A stretch of DNA of 64,000 bases from Paragordius varius. Taxonomy: Eukaryota; Animalia; Nematomorpha. The stretch spans positions 5,456,001 to 5,520,000 of the forward strand of contig OZ176057.1 of assembly GCA_964247055.1 (NCBI GenBank). Reading direction: 5' to 3'. The first letter of the stretch is position 1, and the number at the start of each line of letters is the position of its first letter. The notes under the pieces were generated by a model. The model saw only the letters and a program-made list of their open reading frames with translations, was not told the origin of the DNA and searched no databases. Position numbers and translations under genes: made by a program. Positions 59,200 to 64,000 of the stretch are shown here, piece by piece.

Positions 59200-60740
59200 T
59201 TTCATCTAAAAACCGCCAAAGCTATCTAGAAAGTCTATTTCTCAAAAAATATTCTAAAAACGGGAATTTAAAAACCGTTAAAATTATCTAAAAACCCTAA
59301 AACTTTAAAAACTGCTAAAATTTATAAAAAATCGCCAAAATTCCTTTTAAATGAAAAAACTGCTAAAACTATCTAAAAACCGTTAAAACTTTCTAAAAAA
59401 GTCGATTATTTTGTTGTCAAAATTAATAAAACTAATAAAAAACCGCTAAAATTATTTAACCTTTAATACTCTAAAAACCGCTAAAACTATTTAAAAACCG
59501 CTAAAACTTTTTAAAAACCGCTGAAACTTTTTAAAAACCGCTAAAACATTCTAAAAACTCCTAAAACTTTCTATAAGCCGCTAAAACTTTTTAAAAATTG
59601 GTAAAACTTCCAAAAACCGGTAAAACAATTTTCAAACCGCTAAAACAATTTTAAAACCGCTAAAACCTTCTAAAACTATCTAAAAAGTCTATTTCTTTAA
59701 AAATATTTTCAAAACCGCTAAAACTACCTAAAAACCGGTAAAACTACCTAAAAACCTCTAAAACTACCTAAAAACCTCTAAAACTACCTAAAAACCGCTA
59801 AAACTACCTAAAGACCGCTAACTAAAACTATCTAAAAACCGTTAAAAATATCTAAAAAGTCTATTTCTTTAAAATTATTTTCAAAACCGCTAAAATTATT
59901 TTTAAAATCGCTAAAACTTCCTAAAAACCGCTAAAACTATTTTAAAACCGCTAAAACTTCCTAAAAACCGCTAAAACTTTTTAAAAACCGCTAAAACTTT
60001 TTAAAAACCGCTAAAACTTTTTAAAAACCGCTAAAACTTTTTCAAAACCGCTAAAACTTTTTCAAAACCGCTAAAACTTTTTCAAAACCGCTAAAACTTT
60101 CTCAAAAATGTTAAAACTTTCTCATAAACGCTATAAACTTTCTCAAAAATGTTAAAACTTTCTCATAAACGCTATAAACTTTCTCATAAACGCTATAAAC
60201 TTTCTCATAAACGCTATAAACTTTCTAAAAACCGCTAAAACTTTCTCATAACTGCTAAAACCTTTTTAAAAACCGCTAAAACTACCTAAAAACCGCTAAA
60301 ACTACCTAAAAACCGCAAAAATTTCTCAAAACTGTTAAAACTTTCTCAAAACTGTTAAAACTTTCTCAAAACTGTTAAAACTTTCTCAAAACTGTTAAAA
60401 CTTTCTCAAAACTGTTAAAACTTTCTCAAAACTGTTAAAACTTTCTCAAAAATGTTAAAACTTTCTAAAAACCGCTAAAACTTTCTCATAACCGCTAAAA
60501 CTTTTTAAAAACCGCTAAAACTTTCTCAAAACCACTAAACCCTTTTTAAAACCGCTAAAACTTTCTAAAAACCGCTCTTTCTCAAAACCGCTAAAACTTT
60601 CTAAAAACCGCTCTTTCTCAAAACCGCTAAAATTTTATAAAAACCACTAAAACCTTCTAAAAACCTCTAAAACTTTCTAAAAAGCTTAAAATTGTTTAAA
60701 AAGCGAATCAAAAATGCGCTGAAATTCTTCAAAAACGGCA
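59200..60740 (+). repeat. 20-bp satellite, third array
   Basis: Same monomers and variants as 2700-5250. Confidence 0.95.
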
Positions 60741-61836
60741 AACCTTTAAAACCCAAAATTGTTTTTCTGCAAACATATGCCACCTTTTTTATATAAATTT
60801 GATTATTTTAACCAATTAGCCATTTTAAATAGCGTTTTTATATTATTAATCTTAATATATTGTAACATAATATTTTTTTTGTTTAGAATGTGATGTCTTA
60901 CAGAAGTACGAAGGATTTCCTTGGCCTACTGACCAACAAAACTGATGTAGAAAATACCGGGAATGTTTCGGAATTGGGTAATTATTATTTTATATTTTGT
61001 TTTTGAATTATTATTGGAGTATTTTAGTTAATAATTGTTCTGTTTTATAAATTCTGTATAAATCATTATTATCATAATCAACTTTTTTTATGTAATTAGC
61101 ATTTATCATCTGTCTAGCTTGAGATATTCTAAAGATATTTTTTTTAAAAAGAATATGTAAAGTATATAGAATATAAATTTATAATTATCTATCGTTTGTA
61201 AAAAATTTTTATTTATTATTGTAACGTAATATTTAATCATCAATTATTACATTTTTCTTTAATTTACTGTAGAATGTGTTGTTTATGTAATCAGCAGCCC
61301 GAAACGTAAACGAGGTCTATTGAAAAAGCGTAATTGAATATTATGGATGAACTCGGTAATTAATTATATTTAGATTAAATTTTAGAACAAATTTTATTAC
61401 TAGTTTTTCAACTTTACATTTTTTTCTTAAATTAAATAATTTTTTTATTAAAATTGATGAGTCGATTTTAATGCTCTTTAATTAAAGAAAATAATTGATT
61501 TAATTAATCATTTAATATCACTTTTTTAACATACTTCATGATTTTGTTAAATAACCATTTTTCTTGATCAGCTGTTTTTTGAATTTGATAGTTATAATTA
61601 TTAAATAGTTCCAGTATATTTATTTTTTTAAAAGATTATTAGTATTTGACTTTATATTTTATTTTATTTTTAGAAAACAATGTAGTCCACTTTATTGCTG
61701 CCATACCAATTAAACTATTTACGTATATATTTTTAGTTACTTTTTACGTTATTAATAACCAATTGTCTAAATATTTTTTATTTTTTCCTTATTATTCAGA
61801 ATCTGTTGTTTTAATTAATCAGGTTTAAAGCACTTT

Positions 61837-62293
61837 AAGGGCTTCGAGTTTGTGGGCTAGGGTTAGGGTGAGGGATTGGAGTTGGTTCATTTTCTTAAAG
61901 AAGTCCGCACATTCTTTTCTATAAATTTATAATTTGCAGTTTTATATATTCTGACTTATTTTTTATATTTACAATTTTATATATAATAAACTCTATTTCA
62001 AACCATAATTTTTAATAAGAGATTATATTAGTGTTATCGTTTAGACTGGTTTAAAATTTAAATTTACAAAACCTTAATGCTAAACTCTAACCTATTACCG
62101 CTAACACTTGTGAATAAATCTTTCTCAAAGCTGTTATTATAGTTTTTGAGCCAAGTTTATCGATCTAGGTTTAAAGCACCATAAGGTTTTTGAGTTTGTG
62201 GGCTAGGGTGAGGGATTGGAGTTGGTTCATTTTCTTACAGAAGTCCGCAAGACTTGCTCGGGCTACGAAGCAGACCCGAGACCCACGCATTTC
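61837..62293 (-). mobile_element. Two 115-bp element copies (61837-61909 truncated; 62186-62293)
   Basis: The first has the intact 4-tract G motif; the second has a 3-tract motif plus the variant hairpin. Confidence 0.75.
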
Positions 62294-64000
62294 TTTAAAA
62301 CTTTGTCTCTAAATTTTTTAGCTTTTGATTTATTTTAGAAGGATATTCTTTTTTTCATATTTCTGTTTTTTGTTTAATTTTACACCATCTTATCAAAAGA
62401 CTTTTAATTATCTCAATTTTATTTGACCGCAAACATTTTAATGCACAGATCATATTTTTATCGCGGTGTTTGGTTGATCGAAATTGAAGGTTTTCGATGG
62501 GTTGGCCTTAGCTAAAGTAAAGGAATTTTTAATATATTGCGTATCCCTATTCCGGTTTTAATTACGGAAATATATTTGTTAATACCTGCTTATTTGTGAA
62601 GTAACCTAAAAATTTAAATTTGAAAGCGATTTTTTTCTGTATTAGGACGTTTTTTTACGGATTTTCATTAATCTACGTTTAATGGTTTAAGGCGAGTTTG
62701 TGGGCTAGGGTTATGTCGGGGTTTTGAGTTTCATGTTTTCACTTTTTAATTGCCGAATTATTAATAAACCGCAAAATAAATTTTATGCTAATAAACTTTG
62801 AATCTAATAATATTTTTTATCATTTTTTATATATCAGAACAGAACAAAGTGACTCAACTAGACAAGAAATAAAGCTAACTCACACAAGAATGAATATGAA
62901 ACTAATGACTTAACTACATAAGGAACAAAACTTACATAAATAATTTATATAATAAGATTCAATAAATGATGATAATGTTTGATATATGTTTTTTTTAAAA
63001 AAAATTAAAAAATATTCTAAGTCCAAAATTTTATTTTGAGCGACCGGGAGTAAGAGTGCTCAAAATACAATTTTGGACTTGGGGGCCTGCAACAAACTCT
63101 CATTATACTTGTGGAGAGTTTTTGCGCCAACTCTCTAATGGGGGAAATGAGCCCTCCTTCACGCGAGTGGGAAAAAACTCAAACGAGCTCATTTTCCCCA
63201 CCTTTGTAAAGGAGGATTTATTCCTCCCATTAGAGAGTCATTTGGCCCAAAAACTCTCCACAAGTATAATGAGAGTTTGTTGTGCAATCATCCCCAATGA
63301 GATCCTTGAGTGCGTGTTGCCATCCATCAGCTCCAGGCACGATTTGCCTTCTCCCCATCGCCTTGTGTCAGGTATCGTGGACATTCCCAACAGATCTCTC
63401 CTCCCCAATGTGCCAAAGTCCATCAACACCTATAAATTAAGATTACCTCGCAATAAGTAGGTTCCTCTTCCTGTGTCGCTCCATCAATCGTCCAGTCCCA
63501 AATCCCCAGCATTTGATCTGTCCAGGGCTTCTAGATTCCCCAACGTACGCTTTTCCCGCGGAGTTTATCCCAAAACACCTAAATTATACATTTACCTCGA
63601 ATCAGCAGGCTCTTTTCGGTTCGATCCTTCATTCACTCACGAATCCTTGGTTGCTGGTCTTGAATCACGTCCCCATCCCTGGTTGCCATTGGAGAAGAAG
63701 GCCTAAAGCCTTCAAATTAGCTCTTCCAACCAGCCTTCCCATATAATTTTTTTTCTGATTGCAATCATAGGCGCTTATATTTCCCAATACATCCATATAT
63801 GTACTCTGGTTTTCCAAATTGCAAATTACATAAACTAACAATTTTATGGACACCTAAACTTGTCCTTAGATTTTCTTTTTAATTAATTTTGATTTTTTTT
63901 ATTAACTCAATTCTAGGTTATATGCTCTCTTTATCTATTAAATCAGCGGAATTGGTTGGATTATGCTAATATATTTTATATGGGGTGCTATATAATAATA

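Larger units (their letters stand above)
58970..64000. repeat. Third, diverged and internally deleted copy of the about 2.4-11 kb segment
   Basis: Carries the same 17-mer/20-mer junction (59160-59230 = 2660-2730), both AATGTG exons, the element cluster and the GC island. It lacks the equivalent of about 4700-6900. Confidence 0.9.

Noticed and set aside
7149-60977. Stop-codon reassignment (TAA/TAG=Gln, TGA=Cys/Trp), suggested by CAA>TAG/TAA, TGY>TGA and TGG>TGA swaps between paralogs and by TAA-interrupted protein-like frames
   Set aside because: All Gln codons I read in the LST8 exons are CAA/CAG, the gene ends in TAG, and the 265-codon orphan has no internal TAR. The swaps fit nonsense decay under AT-biased mutation.

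Overview
Very AT-rich (about 20% GC by eye) eukaryotic DNA with short GT-AG introns, built almost entirely from nested segmental duplications. There is no sign of prokaryotic operons, rRNA, tRNA or CRISPR. The only gene I can identify is an 8-exon, minus-strand homolog of the TOR-complex WD40 subunit LST8/mLST8, present in three copies (12.5-16.9 kb, 21.9-25.0 kb 3'-truncated, 44.4-48.9 kb). Each copy carries a different frameshift, but together they reconstruct a 431-aa ORF. The rest of the window holds: (i) paralogous plus-strand spliced units with a conserved promoter, 26-46 nt introns, a multi-kb satellite-filled intron and a conserved AG|AATGTGTTG exon family; (ii) three related A-tract satellites (20, 17 and about 32 bp); (iii) a dispersed 115-bp element of two GC hairpins plus a telomere-like four-tract G-quadruplex motif, whose clusters bracket the satellite units in inverted orientation; (iv) an unidentified GC-rich island (3 copies) with long hairpins and two 17-nt intron-like segments; (v) MITEs, one with an empty site; (vi) a frameshifted intronless orphan ORF and a possible F-box exon. 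All homology calls are by eye against family sequences recalled from memory; no searches or folding programs were run.
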